Below are positions 45,318-59,575 of a DNA stretch of 64,000 bases, piece by piece (the first letter of the stretch is position 1; every line of letters starts with the position of its first letter). Below the pieces are notes generated by a model. It was not told where the DNA came from and did no database searches. It was given only the letters and a program-made list of their open reading frames with translations. The translations under genes were made by a program, and so were the position numbers. Source of the DNA: a virus. Lineage: Duplodnaviria; Caudoviricetes. The stretch lies in the IMG/VR virus record IMGVR_UViG_3300038312_000327, positions 11,782 to 75,781 of that record; one strand, written 5' to 3'.

Positions 45318-46574
45318 AAGTCGCATTATGAGAACTTTTTCGAAGTTCCTGACAGTTGGACATGGGTGAAGTTAGGCGAAATTGGTGATTGGCAATCAGG
45401 TTCAACACCTAGTCGTTCGAATAAAGATTATTTTAATGGAAATATTTTATGGCTTAAAACAGGTGATTTGAAAGATAATTATATTTATGAGATTCCTGAA
45501 AAAATAACAGAGAAGGCTTTAATTGAAACATCACTTAAGGTAAATCCTATCGGCAGTGTATTGATTGCAATGTATGGGGCAACCATAGGGAAAGTGGGTA
45601 TTCTAACACAACCGGCAACCACTAATCAAGCATGCTGTGCTTGTTCAAATTTTAAGGGAATAAGCAACTTATACCTTTTTTATCTATTGATTGCATATAG
45701 AGATTACTTCATTCAGTTGGGAGAAGGAGGTGCTCAACCAAACATCTCAAAGATAAAAATAACGTCAACTTATATTCCACTTCCTCCTCTCGCAGAACAA
45801 CACAGAATAGTTTATGAAATTGAAAGATTATTTGAACTTGTCGATACTGTCGAAGAAAATAAACTTTCCTTAGAGCAATTCATCGCACAAACCAAATCCA
45901 AAGTTTTAGACCTTGCCATTCGAGGTAAACTTGTACCGCAAGACTCTAGCGATGAACCTGCTTCGGTACTTTTAGAGCGAATAAGAAATGAGCAAAAGTT
46001 TAAGAAAACGACTTCTGATAAATTTCCTTATCCGTTTGAGATACCTAAAAATTGGGAATGGTGTAGGTTACACGACATTGCAGATGTTTCTTTAGGAAAA
46101 ACATTAGATCGGCTAAAAAACACAGGAGTGTTTAAGTGCTATCTAAGAAGTATCAATGTTAAATGGGGAATTATAGATTTATCTGATGTGAAAGAAATGA
46201 AATTTGAAGAAGAGGAGGAAGAACGATATAGTCTTAAATATGGGGATTTATTGATTTGTGAAGGCGGGGAAGCTGGTAGAGCTGCTGTTTGGAAATACAA
46301 GGACAAATCAATGCGGTACCAAAATGCGATTCATAGAGTTCGTTTTAATTTTGATTTTGAAGCCGATTTTTATATGTATGTCTTTTGGCATTATCACAAC
46401 TCAAAGATTTTAGATAAATACAGTAAAGGTGTTACAATAAAGCATTTAACAGGACAGGCTTTGAAGCAAATGAGATTCCCTTTACCGCCTATAGCAGAGC
46501 AAAAACGCATAGTTTCTCAAATTGAAAATATGTTTTTTCAATTGGATATTATTGAAGAAGCTTTAAAAGCGTAG
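45318..46574 (+). CDS. hsdS: Silent hsdS cassette (two TRDs, lacks own N-terminus)
   Basis: In frame from AAG TCG CAT TAT GAG at 45318 (KSHYE...FEVPDSW); no ATG start. Confidence 0.88.
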   Translation, partial: KSHYENFFEVPDSWTWVKLGEIGDWQSGSTPSRSNKDYFNGNILWLKTGDLKDNYIYEIPEKITEKALIETSLKVNPIGSVLIAMYGATIGKVGILTQPATTNQACCACSNFKGISNLYLFYLLIAYRDYFIQLGEGGAQPNISKIKITSTYIPLPPLAEQHRIVYEIERLFELVDTVEENKLSLEQFIAQTKSKVLDLAIRGKLVPQDSSDEPASVLLERIRNEQKFKKTTSDKFPYPFEIPKNWEWCRLHDIADVSLGKTLDRLKNTGVFKCYLRSINVKWGIIDLSDVKEMKFEEEEEERYSLKYGDLLICEGGEAGRAAVWKYKDKSMRYQNAIHRVRFNFDFEADFYMYVFWHYHNSKILDKYSKGVTIKHLTGQALKQMRFPLPPIAEQKRIVSQIENMFFQLDIIEEALKA

Positions 46575-48138
46575 AATTCTACTTTCTACGCTTTTAGTTG
46601 GTTTACCATGTAACTATTTTATCAACAATACTTTGTTGTTCACTTGCGGTTCTACGCAAATAAATGCGAGTGGTTTCGATGCTTTCATGACCCATTAAAT
46701 CGGCTAATAACGAAATATCATTAAACTTTTCAAGGAAATTTTTGGCAAACCGATGCCGAAATGAATGCGGATAAATAACTTTTTTATTGAGACCGTATTT
46801 TTCTGCAAAATATTTGAGTTGTTGAGCAATTCCTCTTGCTGAAATCCTATCACCAAAGCGATTTTTGAAAATATAACCTGAGCTTATTTCTTTGTTTTTT
46901 AGCCAAATAGTAGCCTCATCTCTAAGTTTCTTGGGTATGTAAAGACGCCTAATTTTACCGCCTTTGGTGTACAAATCCAAATAGCCTACTTCTATATGTT
47001 CAACTTTTATTTGAAGCAGTTCGCTTATACGAGCACCGGTCGCGGCAAGAAACCATATAACAAAATACCATTCGGTATATCCGTCATTTTTTAGTTTGGT
47101 TTTCAGAAACTTATAGTCCGCATCGCTGACCACGTTTTCAAGAAAATTCTTCTGCTGAACTTTTACGAATTTAAGTTTCAAACGCTCTTTGTTGGTAAAT
47201 TCAAGAAACTTGTTTAGTGCCTGCAATCTTAAATTCACAGTTTGAGGTTTGAAGTGTTCGATTAAGAAACCCTTGTAAGCCAATAGGTTTTCTTTGTCAA
47301 TCTTTTCGTATTGGGCAATAAAATGATTGACAGTCCATACATAAGACCTAATCGTGCTTGCGGAAAGGTCGTTCTTTTCAAGAAATTTTTGAAATTTTGT
47401 TACCATATTTTTTGTTGTTTAAAAATTTACGGTAACAAAACGTTTTTTTTAAGTATTCGCCTGTAAGTTTACTTGCATTTTATCCAACATCTTGAAAATC
47501 TCCTCGATTTTTTCAACTATTCGTAGTTGTTCGGATAGCGGGGGAATTGGGTATAAAAAAGTAGTGATATTGGTGTTGTTTATCGAAGGAGAATTATCTC
47601 CTTTCATAAATGAATTCAAGCCGTTTATTACATAGTTAGATAGCATTAGAAAATATAAATACCTTGGATATAGCAATTTGTTTGGTTTGCATACGTAAAA
47701 ACCCGTTGATGCTATACACTTATCATGTTTTCTGTCAACATAAGCAATGTTTTCAAGGTACGGTCTTACCATTGAGAATAATGTATCGCCCTTATTTATC
47801 AATCTACTAGCTCTGCTTGGAGCCTCAGAGACTTTTAACTTCCTACTTTCTTTGATTACATGTTTTTCATTGTCAATGGCTTCAATATCTATGTAATTAA
47901 AGTAATCTCCGACTGGTTTCTTGTTTTCCATTGGATTAAAACAGGTGAACCCATTAGCCCAAATCCAACCACTCGGCACTTCAAACGGATAAGGAAATTT
48001 ATCGGAAGTTGTTTTTGATAATTTCAGCTCCTTCCGTATTCGCTCTAAAAGTACCGAAGCTGGCTCATCGCTAGAGTCTTGCGGTACAAGTTTACCTCGA
48101 ATGGCGAGGTCTAAAACTTTGGATTTAGTTTGTGCGAT
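45883..48138. repeat. ~158-bp imperfect inverted repeat in hsdS central conserved regions (45883-46040 / 47981-48138)
   Basis: 41-bp perfect core GCCATTCGAGGTAAACTTGTACCGCAAGACTCTAGCGATGA. Confidence 0.9.
46603..47406 (-). CDS. Tyrosine recombinase/invertase of hsdS shufflon
   Basis: TGARISEL, HSFRH, LMGHESIETTRIY; lies between inverted hsdS copies. Confidence 0.9.
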   Translation of the reverse strand: MVTKFQKFLEKNDLSASTIRSYVWTVNHFIAQYEKIDKENLLAYKGFLIEHFKPQTVNLRLQALNKFLEFTNKERLKLKFVKVQQKNFLENVVSDADYKFLKTKLKNDGYTEWYFVIWFLAATGARISELLQIKVEHIEVGYLDLYTKGGKIRRLYIPKKLRDEATIWLKNKEISSGYIFKNRFGDRISARGIAQQLKYFAEKYGLNKKVIYPHSFRHRFAKNFLEKFNDISLLADLMGHESIETTRIYLRRTASEQQSIVDKIVTW

Positions 48139-48879
48139 ATATTGCACCAAAGAGAGAGAGCTATCTTCAATTTCATCGATTACTTCGATAACAGAATCTG
48201 CAATACGAACTATTCGTTTTTGTTCTTCTATGGGAGGTAAAGGAAAAAGTGCATTTTCTCCATCATGAGTACCCAATCTGGGCATTTTAACTCCATAGCA
48301 ACATTCTGCAGTATATTCCAAAAAATAACTAGACATTAATACATGTCTTGCAAACTTAGGAACAACAAATCCATTAAAATCCAAAGGCAGAATTTCGGTA
48401 GTACAGTATCCTTCGACGTCGGCAACTAAAACTTTATTCAAATAGGTCCTTAGTTTGCTGTATAAAACATCTCCTTTTTTGAATTTATTTCTTACACTTT
48501 TGGTCTCTTTTTCGTTTTTATGAACTCGTTTTAGCAGTTTTCCCGTATCTTTCTCAATATCTTCCAAATCCAAAATCCATGCATTCTCGTTTATTTCTGA
48601 TGGACTAGCCTTTTCATTTTTCCCATAATCGCAGAGATTACCTAATTTCACCCACTCCCAGCTCTCAGGCACCTCAAACGGCACTTCCTTCTCATAATGC
48701 GACTTAGCACCACTTTTTTTCTTATCCGCCTTAATCTTTTTTTCTTTGATTAGACGTTCTTTCTCAGCTCGTATTCTTTCGAGCAATACAGATGCAGGTT
48801 CGTCATTTGGGTCTTGTGGAACGAGTTTACCACGAATGGCAAGGTCTAATATTTTTTGTCGTAATTGTTTCGTGTTCAT
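47449..48879 (-). CDS. hsdS: Type I R-M specificity subunit (expressed copy)
   Basis: LDLAIRGKLVPQD repeats, two TRDs, PLPPxxEQ motifs. Confidence 0.93.
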   Translation of the reverse strand: MNTKQLRQKILDLAIRGKLVPQDPNDEPASVLLERIRAEKERLIKEKKIKADKKKSGAKSHYEKEVPFEVPESWEWVKLGNLCDYGKNEKASPSEINENAWILDLEDIEKDTGKLLKRVHKNEKETKSVRNKFKKGDVLYSKLRTYLNKVLVADVEGYCTTEILPLDFNGFVVPKFARHVLMSSYFLEYTAECCYGVKMPRLGTHDGENALFPLPPIEEQKRIVRIADSVIEVIDEIEDSSLSLVQYIAQTKSKVLDLAIRGKLVPQDSSDEPASVLLERIRKELKLSKTTSDKFPYPFEVPSGWIWANGFTCFNPMENKKPVGDYFNYIDIEAIDNEKHVIKESRKLKVSEAPSRASRLINKGDTLFSMVRPYLENIAYVDRKHDKCIASTGFYVCKPNKLLYPRYLYFLMLSNYVINGLNSFMKGDNSPSINNTNITTFLYPIPPLSEQLRIVEKIEEIFKMLDKMQVNLQANT

Positions 48880-48983
48880 ATTTTATCATTAGCAAGTTAC
48901 AAGCAAGTTAAAAACCCAACTTTAACATCTCATAATCAACACATTAATGGTTTAAGTTGATGTAAAAGCAAGTTGCAGGCATG

Positions 48984-52732
<3,749 letters not shown>

Positions 52733-52753
52733 TCTTATTGACTTATTATTTCT

Positions 52754-55459
52754 TTATCCCACTTTTAACATCCACCCACTTAAACTTCCCAGCACTTCAT
52801 TTACCACATCGGCAGAGCCAAAACTCTGTACCATTTGGGCAAAAACGGTAAGGTTTTCTTCCCGCAATTCGTTATTAGTATATGTTCCGTTGGCTACGAT
52901 ATACCCTACAATTTGGCGCATGATTTCTTTTTGCTTTTCGGTAAGCGGGCGTTGTGCCTGTCCGCACCAAAGCTCGAAACGTTGTGCCGAAAACGAAGCC
53001 AGCGATTTAAGCTCGGGGATTAACTTAAAAGCGTACCGCACCAGTTGGATAAGATTAGTTAGGCTTTCACGTTCGGTTTGAGTTTGCAGTTTGATAACTT
53101 TATTCGTTTCTATAACCGAATAAGAATTCCATAAGCGTAGTGGTGCAAAACGAACATCTGCCGACAATAGTTTCCGTCTTAAATCGGCAAGCAAAGCATA
53201 CGTAATCGGTTCGTTTTGGTTGTTGTAAATAATGCGCAACGCTTCAATTTCATCGCGGCGCTCATTTACATAGTTTTCAAATGCTTGAGTAGTCGAAACG
53301 GCTTCTTCTCGCGAAAATCCTGTGAAAATGGTTTCATCTTCACCGGGAATTAAAATGGTGAGAAATCCGGCATTTAATGTGAGCAAGAGCTTGCGGGCTT
53401 CGGGATTGTTTGCCAATAATGCAACCAACGCTTTCCGTTCGCTGTTGGGTTGGTTCGTATTGTGAAATGTGGGTAGCAAATTATTTTCCAACGCGTTGAA
53501 GATGGACATGGCAAGGTCGTACATTGAAACTGTTGCCATTTCGATAAACTCGGTTCTGTGTTTGTCCTTGCTTTTTGCATTTATCCTCGAAATTCGGCTT
53601 GCAAGCAAATTCAGATAATCATCGGAGAGAAATCCGTGCGTAATCCGCTCTAACAGTTGTTCCAATGTAGGATTTACCGGAACAGAAATCGTTCCCTCTT
53701 GGGGTTTTGGCAGGTATTTCTCACTCTCGGTAACGCCAACGGCATCTACCAAATAAAACAGGTCTTTACTAATGGCGTTCGGCGTTACGTTGCGAAGTTG
53801 CTCATCGCCAATTATCCGAACACCACGCCCTTTCATCTGCGTGTAAAGGATTGCCGACCGAACATCTCGCATAAAGAGTAAAACTTCCAACGGACGAATA
53901 TCGGTTCCGGTTGCCACCAAATTGACTGTAACTGCTATACGGAATGTTTTATCGTTTCGGAAACGACGTATCAATTCGGAACTATCGCCCGCCGAATAAG
54001 TAATTTTTTGCACAAAATCAACGGTTTGGTTTTCGAAAACTTCGCGGGCAATATCCACAATTCGGGTAGCGTGTGCATCATCTTTTGCAAAAATCAAGGT
54101 TTTGGGAGTATATCGAAAATCGGCATCACGTTCGGGAAACAAATCTTTGTAAAGGGCATTCCGAAACTCTTGCAACACCAAGCGGATTTGTTCCGGGTTA
54201 ACCACCGAGCGGTCTAATTCTGTTTTGAGATATTCGGCTTCCTCTTCGGCAACTAAATTTCGTTGTTCGCCTGTGTACTTCGTTATTTCTCTAACTTTCT
54301 CTGTTTGCTGAATGATTCCACCTTCTTCACTTACTTTTGTTTTGATACGATAAATGCGATAATTCACGTTGATTCCATCGGCAATGGATTTCTCCAACGT
54401 GTAATCGATTACTAAGTTATTATTGAAATAAGCAAGTGTTTCTGCCGTGGGTGTGGCGGTAAGACCTATTGTGCGGGCGGTATTGAAGTAATTCAGCACC
54501 TGTTGCCATTTTCCGTAAATAGAACGGTGGCACTCATCTATGATAATTAAGTCGAAAAAGTCAGCCGGTAGTTTTAAATCCTCATTGAGGATAATTTCTT
54601 TTTCGTCGTCCTGAAAGTCTTCGTATTCATCGTCATCATCAATTTCGTCACCGGTCAGCATTGCAAACAGTCGCTGAATGGTAGTAATAACAACGTTGCT
54701 TTCAGGAGCAATAGTTGGCGATTTGAGTCTTTCAACAGCAAAAATGGTATTAAATGGTTCTCCTGTTTCTGTTAAACGAAACGTCCCAAACTCTCCTTCT
54801 GCTTGCTTGCCCAAATTATTTCTATCCACCAAAAACAACACTCGTCTGATTGGCGTATAGCTCAACAGTCGATAGGCAGACATACACGCAGTAAAGGTTT
54901 TTCCGGCACCCGTTGCTAATACCATCAACGCACGTTTTTGTCCGTTTCGGAAACTGTTTTCCAATGCCGTTATTGCGTCAAACTGGCAGTTGCGCAATCC
55001 TTTGGGGGAAAGATAAGGTAAGCCGGCTAAAGGATTCTCGATACCTGCCAATATAGCCAGTTCTTTGGGCGTGTGCATCTGTTGTAGGGGTTCATATTCG
55101 CTTTCACCGCTTCGTATATCCCTAAACAGCAATTCTTTCCCGTTTGAAAGATAAATGAACGGCAATGGATTTTGCCAATGTTGATACCACTTCAACAGTT
55201 TGCAGGCATATTTTTCAGCCTGCTTGGCAACCGCATCTGTCAGCGGTACGCCTTCTTTTTTTGCTTCAATTACTCCGATTGCTTTCCCCTCAATAAAAAG
55301 CAGGTAGTCAGCTTCGAGATGCCCTTTCAAAATTCCTTCGGTTACAGCTACCGCCGACATGGCGGGCGAGAAGTTGGCTCTATCAACCACATTCCAACCA
55401 GCAAATTGCAGTTTGTTGTCTATTTCTATTCTTGCTTTCTCTTCGGGGTGCATATTCAT
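52754..55459 (-). CDS. hsdR: Type I restriction subunit R
   Basis: ADYLL...IEAKK nuclease; ATGAGKT, DECHRS, GLTATP; TACATTTG promoter at 55510-55517. Confidence 0.95.
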   Translation of the reverse strand: MNMHPEEKARIEIDNKLQFAGWNVVDRANFSPAMSAVAVTEGILKGHLEADYLLFIEGKAIGVIEAKKEGVPLTDAVAKQAEKYACKLLKWYQHWQNPLPFIYLSNGKELLFRDIRSGESEYEPLQQMHTPKELAILAGIENPLAGLPYLSPKGLRNCQFDAITALENSFRNGQKRALMVLATGAGKTFTACMSAYRLLSYTPIRRVLFLVDRNNLGKQAEGEFGTFRLTETGEPFNTIFAVERLKSPTIAPESNVVITTIQRLFAMLTGDEIDDDDEYEDFQDDEKEIILNEDLKLPADFFDLIIIDECHRSIYGKWQQVLNYFNTARTIGLTATPTAETLAYFNNNLVIDYTLEKSIADGINVNYRIYRIKTKVSEEGGIIQQTEKVREITKYTGEQRNLVAEEEAEYLKTELDRSVVNPEQIRLVLQEFRNALYKDLFPERDADFRYTPKTLIFAKDDAHATRIVDIAREVFENQTVDFVQKITYSAGDSSELIRRFRNDKTFRIAVTVNLVATGTDIRPLEVLLFMRDVRSAILYTQMKGRGVRIIGDEQLRNVTPNAISKDLFYLVDAVGVTESEKYLPKPQEGTISVPVNPTLEQLLERITHGFLSDDYLNLLASRISRINAKSKDKHRTEFIEMATVSMYDLAMSIFNALENNLLPTFHNTNQPNSERKALVALLANNPEARKLLLTLNAGFLTILIPGEDETIFTGFSREEAVSTTQAFENYVNERRDEIEALRIIYNNQNEPITYALLADLRRKLLSADVRFAPLRLWNSYSVIETNKVIKLQTQTERESLTNLIQLVRYAFKLIPELKSLASFSAQRFELWCGQAQRPLTEKQKEIMRQIVGYIVANGTYTNNELREENLTVFAQMVQSFGSADVVNEVLGSLSGWMLKVG

Positions 55460-55638
55460 TCGTATTAAATGAAAACTTCCGATAATGAGAAATTATCAGA
55501 AGTTATATGCAAATGTAAGGAAAATTATCGGGTTTTAGATTTTTTTAGTTGATGAAATACAAATACAATGATCAGGTTTGATAATTTCTGCTATTATTTT
55601 GTGTTTTTATTATCAGAAATTTGAAGTTGCTAACAAAA

Positions 55639-56616
55639 TCACATTCTCCGTCCCTTTCTCTTCTTCTGTTGCGCCCTCAGTCTCCGTTGAAAAGCCGTTT
55701 CCTCATAATCCTCACCGTGAACATTCAGCAGACTGCCGATGCCGGATGAAATTTCGCCTGCGATATTTGCCGTAGTCTCCATCGCGGATAGCCCGAGGTT
55801 TTTTTCTTGCTCCACCGACGGTTCGTAAATCGGTACAACCGTCTGTCCGATTTGTGGTTTCACGTCTTCCAACCCGAATTGGCGAAACAGCGAACGATAC
55901 CCAAATTCTCGCCCGATTTCCGATGCTTTGAACGTTTCACCTTCGTACAAAAATCGAAAACCGTAGGCTTTGTCTTGTTTGTTTCGCATGGTTTGGATGG
56001 TTATGCCCTGTTTTTGAAGTTCTCCGGCGAAAGAAAGAAAACCCTCTTTTCCGGTACCGACTTTCTCGCCCAAGAGTTTGTAAGCGATTTTTCGCACTTC
56101 GTCTTTCTTTGTTTCCCGCGTTTTATCCGCTTTCGGGTTTTGGTATCGTTTTTTCCCCACCACCTGGTTGGCGATGGTCAGTCCCATTTCTCCGGCAATT
56201 TCCTCGGCAGCTCTTGCCGATCGGTTGCTTACAAAATCCGTCTGATACACCTTGCCGTCTATCCCGACTCGATTGGCAATCAGATGGATGTGCCTGTTTT
56301 TAGTATCTTTGTGCGATACGGCAAACCATTGGTGGTTTTCCAATCCCATTTTTCTGGCAAATGAGGTGGCGATTTTGTTTAAATCTCCGCTTTTCAGTTT
56401 CGTAATATCATCGGGCGCGATGCCGATTTCGAAGCGAAGAAACTTGTTTTTGCACCGATTGCCGTATTGATTCACAAGCTGCATATCCCGAAGAATTTCG
56501 CCGGCAGTGTAACCTGCAATCATATTTCGGGCAACAAATCCGTTTAGTTTGTTCTCCTTCAATACGTAATTTATCACGTTGCGTCCGTGCGAAACGGCTT
56601 TGCCTTTTGCTATCAT
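55639..56616 (-). CDS. Relaxase (MOBP-like)
   Basis: N-terminal Tyr (INYV), HKDTKNRHIHLIANR His triad. Confidence 0.88.
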   Translation of the reverse strand: MIAKGKAVSHGRNVINYVLKENKLNGFVARNMIAGYTAGEILRDMQLVNQYGNRCKNKFLRFEIGIAPDDITKLKSGDLNKIATSFARKMGLENHQWFAVSHKDTKNRHIHLIANRVGIDGKVYQTDFVSNRSARAAEEIAGEMGLTIANQVVGKKRYQNPKADKTRETKKDEVRKIAYKLLGEKVGTGKEGFLSFAGELQKQGITIQTMRNKQDKAYGFRFLYEGETFKASEIGREFGYRSLFRQFGLEDVKPQIGQTVVPIYEPSVEQEKNLGLSAMETTANIAGEISSGIGSLLNVHGEDYEETAFQRRLRAQQKKRKGRRM

Positions 56617-56627
56617 TTTCGCCCGAA

Positions 56628-56942
56628 TTAAGCCTTAAAAAACTGCTCGATAACCTCTCTAATTTCCTTTACAAGCGATTGCGTTTCGGCGTACAATTTG
56701 CTGTCTCTACTTTTCATAAAATTACCGATATAGGTAAATCGGTTGGCATATTGGTAGAGTAGTTTAATCCCGATTTGCTGCATTTTCGAGAACTGCGGAG
56801 CTGCCACAACTTTTCCTTTCAGGAGCATTTCGCGGGTAAATTCCGAGAGGGATTTCCCTGCCGATTTCGCCTTTTCGGCGATGCGTTTTTTATCGGCTTG
56901 CGTGCAGCGGATTTTCAATTCGCTGTCTTTATTGTTTGTCAT
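56628..56942 (-). CDS. mobC: MobC ribbon-helix-helix accessory protein
   Basis: LKIRCTQADKKRIAEKAKSAGKSLSEFTREML; start reassigned to ATG 56942. Confidence 0.78.
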   Translation of the reverse strand: MTNNKDSELKIRCTQADKKRIAEKAKSAGKSLSEFTREMLLKGKVVAAPQFSKMQQIGIKLLYQYANRFTYIGNFMKSRDSKLYAETQSLVKEIREVIEQFFKA

Positions 56943-57009
56943 ATAGTTGAAATTTAGGTTGAAAAACCGTGTTTTTCGGCTGACGAGAACGCAGTGATTG
57001 CAGCCAAAT

Positions 57010-57070
57010 CCTCCCCGCCCGAAGCGGGGACAAGATTCAGTTTGTGGGAACAAACTGACGTCTTGCACGC
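57010..57070. other. Candidate oriT
   Basis: CCCCGC/GCGGGG hairpin plus CAAGA..CAGTTTG/CAAACTG..TCTTG inverted repeat directly upstream of mobC. Confidence 0.6.
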
Positions 57071-57139
57071 TAATTCGAAAAGTTTGCCGGGCATCGGAAA
57101 TTCTGCTTGCTCGGTGTGCTTGTCGTTCTCCTTTATTTT

Positions 57140-58030
57140 TTAAAATTTTAGTCGTTTTGGTTTCTGTTTTGTTTGCGGGATTTCCATCTTTTTCCCACAC
57201 AAATAATCGTTCACGTCTTTGAATCCTGCGTATCTTTTTGAAATATCCGCGACGGGTAAATTCAGTTTTTGCAGTTTTTTCAACGCCTGTTTTTCGGCTT
57301 CGTCGTTATCCAAAAAAGCGTTGATTTTTTCGTGTTTCGAGAGAAACGGAACGGCTTTTTCAAGGTTGGTAATTGAGTTCAACACGACGGCTGAAACATC
57401 GGCTTGCCGTGCCTGCATGGTGAGCAAAGAGAGATAGTCCATAAATCCTTCGAAAAGATGAACGATAGGCGTTTTCTTATCGAAAGTGGTGATTTCTTTG
57501 GGCGGAAGGCAACCTTTGAAATAAGGATTTAAGGTTTCGAATCCACCCATATCGTTGGGGAAAGCGATACCGAAATAGGATTTTCCTTTCAACGTGTAAT
57601 GTACTTCTTTGCAATATTGCCGTGCCAATTCGACAGCGATTTTTCGCTTTGTAAGTAGTTGGATAAGTGCCGGATGGGTAAGCGGTTTTATCTCGATGTT
57701 CGATATTTCATCTGAAATCTCTTGCCGTCGAAAAGGAAAAGACGATTGATGTGTTTGGGGATTGGGGACGGCTTGTTCAATGGCTCGCAACACTTCCGAA
57801 ACGCTGTCGGTTTGGTGCAGTTTCATCGCCAAATCAATAATACTGCCCTTGTCGCCACTTCCGAAATCGTGCCATTGGTTGATGCCGAGGTTTACTTTGA
57901 ACGACGGCTCTTTTTCGTCTCTGAACGGCGATTTGTACCAAAGGTTGTTTCCGTTTTGCTTCGTCGGATATATTCCGATACGTCCGAGATATTCTTCAAT
58001 TTTGATTTGTTTGGCTTGTTCCGAATTCAT
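57140..58030 (-). CDS. Primase-like protein (zf-CHC2 + Toprim)
   Basis: SPFRDEKEPSFKV; LFEGFMDYLS; FLDNDEA. Confidence 0.88.
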   Translation of the reverse strand: MNSEQAKQIKIEEYLGRIGIYPTKQNGNNLWYKSPFRDEKEPSFKVNLGINQWHDFGSGDKGSIIDLAMKLHQTDSVSEVLRAIEQAVPNPQTHQSSFPFRRQEISDEISNIEIKPLTHPALIQLLTKRKIAVELARQYCKEVHYTLKGKSYFGIAFPNDMGGFETLNPYFKGCLPPKEITTFDKKTPIVHLFEGFMDYLSLLTMQARQADVSAVVLNSITNLEKAVPFLSKHEKINAFLDNDEAEKQALKKLQKLNLPVADISKRYAGFKDVNDYLCGKKMEIPQTKQKPKRLKF

Positions 58031-58145
58031 TTTTTTAAGGTTTTTGTTGGTTGATATTTTTTCTTTTCGTCAGCAAAACGTTTTTTTGCCGAAAAGCTTT
58101 GTAGTAAACGGTTTGATTAAAATTTGCCCCCAAACCGAAAATAAG

Positions 58146-58373
58146 TGATGAATTTGATGAATTGAAGAAAACGGGGATAATACTCTGATTATCAACATTA
58201 GTTTTACTCATCAACCGCTCATCATTTTATCACCCGGGTATATCCCGATGAAAGAGAAACAATCGCTTTTTTCTTTCATCGTCCTTTTGTTTGATGAGTA
58301 TTTGATGAAGGTTTGATGAGTACATATATTCTTTATTATTAAATAGATAAATAGCAAATTCATCAATTCATCA
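58146..58373. repeat. TGATGA iteron-like cluster
   Basis: Nine copies on both strands; three at 11-bp spacing (58292, 58303, 58314); AT-rich spacer. Confidence 0.6.
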
Positions 58374-59571
58374 AAAAATAAGCGTTCAAAAACTCCCGCG
58401 ACACGGTATAAAACCTTCCGGTCTTTTTGGTTTCGCAAAATGAAATATTTCGAGAAAGGTCGCCCACCGGATTGTAAGTGGTGTACGTGAGCGTGTTCGG
58501 ACTGGGAGATAATTCCCAATGGTTTTTCACGATTTTCCGCAAACGGGAAATATCGGTATCGATACCTTGAAAAATCAACAACGACCGCAAATCTGTCAGG
58601 CAGAAACTTACGCCCTCAACTTGCTGAACATCCATTATTTCCAAAAACAGCTCTTTCATCTCCACTTCCAAAGAATTGCGATTGTAGTCGATGATGCGTT
58701 GCAGGGCATCGGTGTGTAAAAGCGAATGCTCAAACCACATTCGCGATTTCTTTTCGGTAGAAAGTTTCCGATTGGAAAGGAAGTGCAGAAATGCCGGAAT
58801 TTCTTCTCGTAATTTGTGCCTGATTTCCGTGTCGGTTTTGTCCAAAACAGGTAGTTTTCGTACCCAATAACGCGTTTCGCCGGGTTGAATCATGATCGGA
58901 TTGAGCTCATTATTGGAGCAAAGCAAGAATTTGCCGAAAAACACAGTTTCTACACGGTCTTTTCCTTTGGCTTCGCTCTTGAACTGAAAGGCGGTACTCA
59001 AATTCTTTAATCGTTCGCTGTCTTGCTGTTTGTCAAATAACACTTCTTCGATGCCGATTAGCAGTTTGTTAGCCCAGTCGGAATTGAACTGGCTCCGAAA
59101 ATCTTCGTTGGTGTTGAAGGTCATATTTTTTCCAAAAATATCTTTCAGCAAATTCAGAAAAGTAGATTTTCCGGTGTTTCGTTCTTTGGATAAAAGCAGG
59201 ATGATAGGAAGTTTTTCAACCGGATGCAAGTACAGTAGCTGAATGTAGTCCAATCCCATTTCGTACTGTTCGCCAAAAACGTGTCGAATGACAGACAGAA
59301 CGGTTTGGCATTCGCCCGGCTTAGGCGAATGCTCAAACGGTTCGTACAGGTTGAAACAGTTGCCCACTCTCTCCCGGTACCGGGTGTGAGAGGGCACGAT
59401 ACAGAAATCGTCGTATTTAGGAATTTGGCTGATGAAATCCTTTCCGTGGTCTTGACGGATGGTTTCGATGCTCCACGCCACACGTACTTTTGCCGTTTCT
59501 CCCGAAAGAATGGGTTTTTCCACTATTTTATAATAGGTGGTGCCCACTCGGATGTAAGATTCGGTTTTCAT
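58363..59571 (-). CDS. P-loop helicase (DUF5906/primase-associated type)
   Basis: RNTGKST Walker A, IGIEE Walker B. Confidence 0.8.
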   Translation of the reverse strand: MKTESYIRVGTTYYKIVEKPILSGETAKVRVAWSIETIRQDHGKDFISQIPKYDDFCIVPSHTRYRERVGNCFNLYEPFEHSPKPGECQTVLSVIRHVFGEQYEMGLDYIQLLYLHPVEKLPIILLLSKERNTGKSTFLNLLKDIFGKNMTFNTNEDFRSQFNSDWANKLLIGIEEVLFDKQQDSERLKNLSTAFQFKSEAKGKDRVETVFFGKFLLCSNNELNPIMIQPGETRYWVRKLPVLDKTDTEIRHKLREEIPAFLHFLSNRKLSTEKKSRMWFEHSLLHTDALQRIIDYNRNSLEVEMKELFLEIMDVQQVEGVSFCLTDLRSLLIFQGIDTDISRLRKIVKNHWELSPSPNTLTYTTYNPVGDLSRNISFCETKKTGRFYTVSREFLNAYFLMN

Positions 59572-59575
59572 GGCA

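Larger units (their letters stand above)
45318..48705. repeat. 17-bp inverted repeat AAGTCGCATTATGAGAA (45318-45334 / 48689-48705)
   Basis: Perfect inverted match flanking both hsdS TRD sets. Confidence 0.9.

Noticed and set aside
56943-57200. N-terminal extension of the 190-aa mobC ORF
   Set aside because: Overlaps the primase end and the oriT hairpins; the RHH domain starts at ATG 56942
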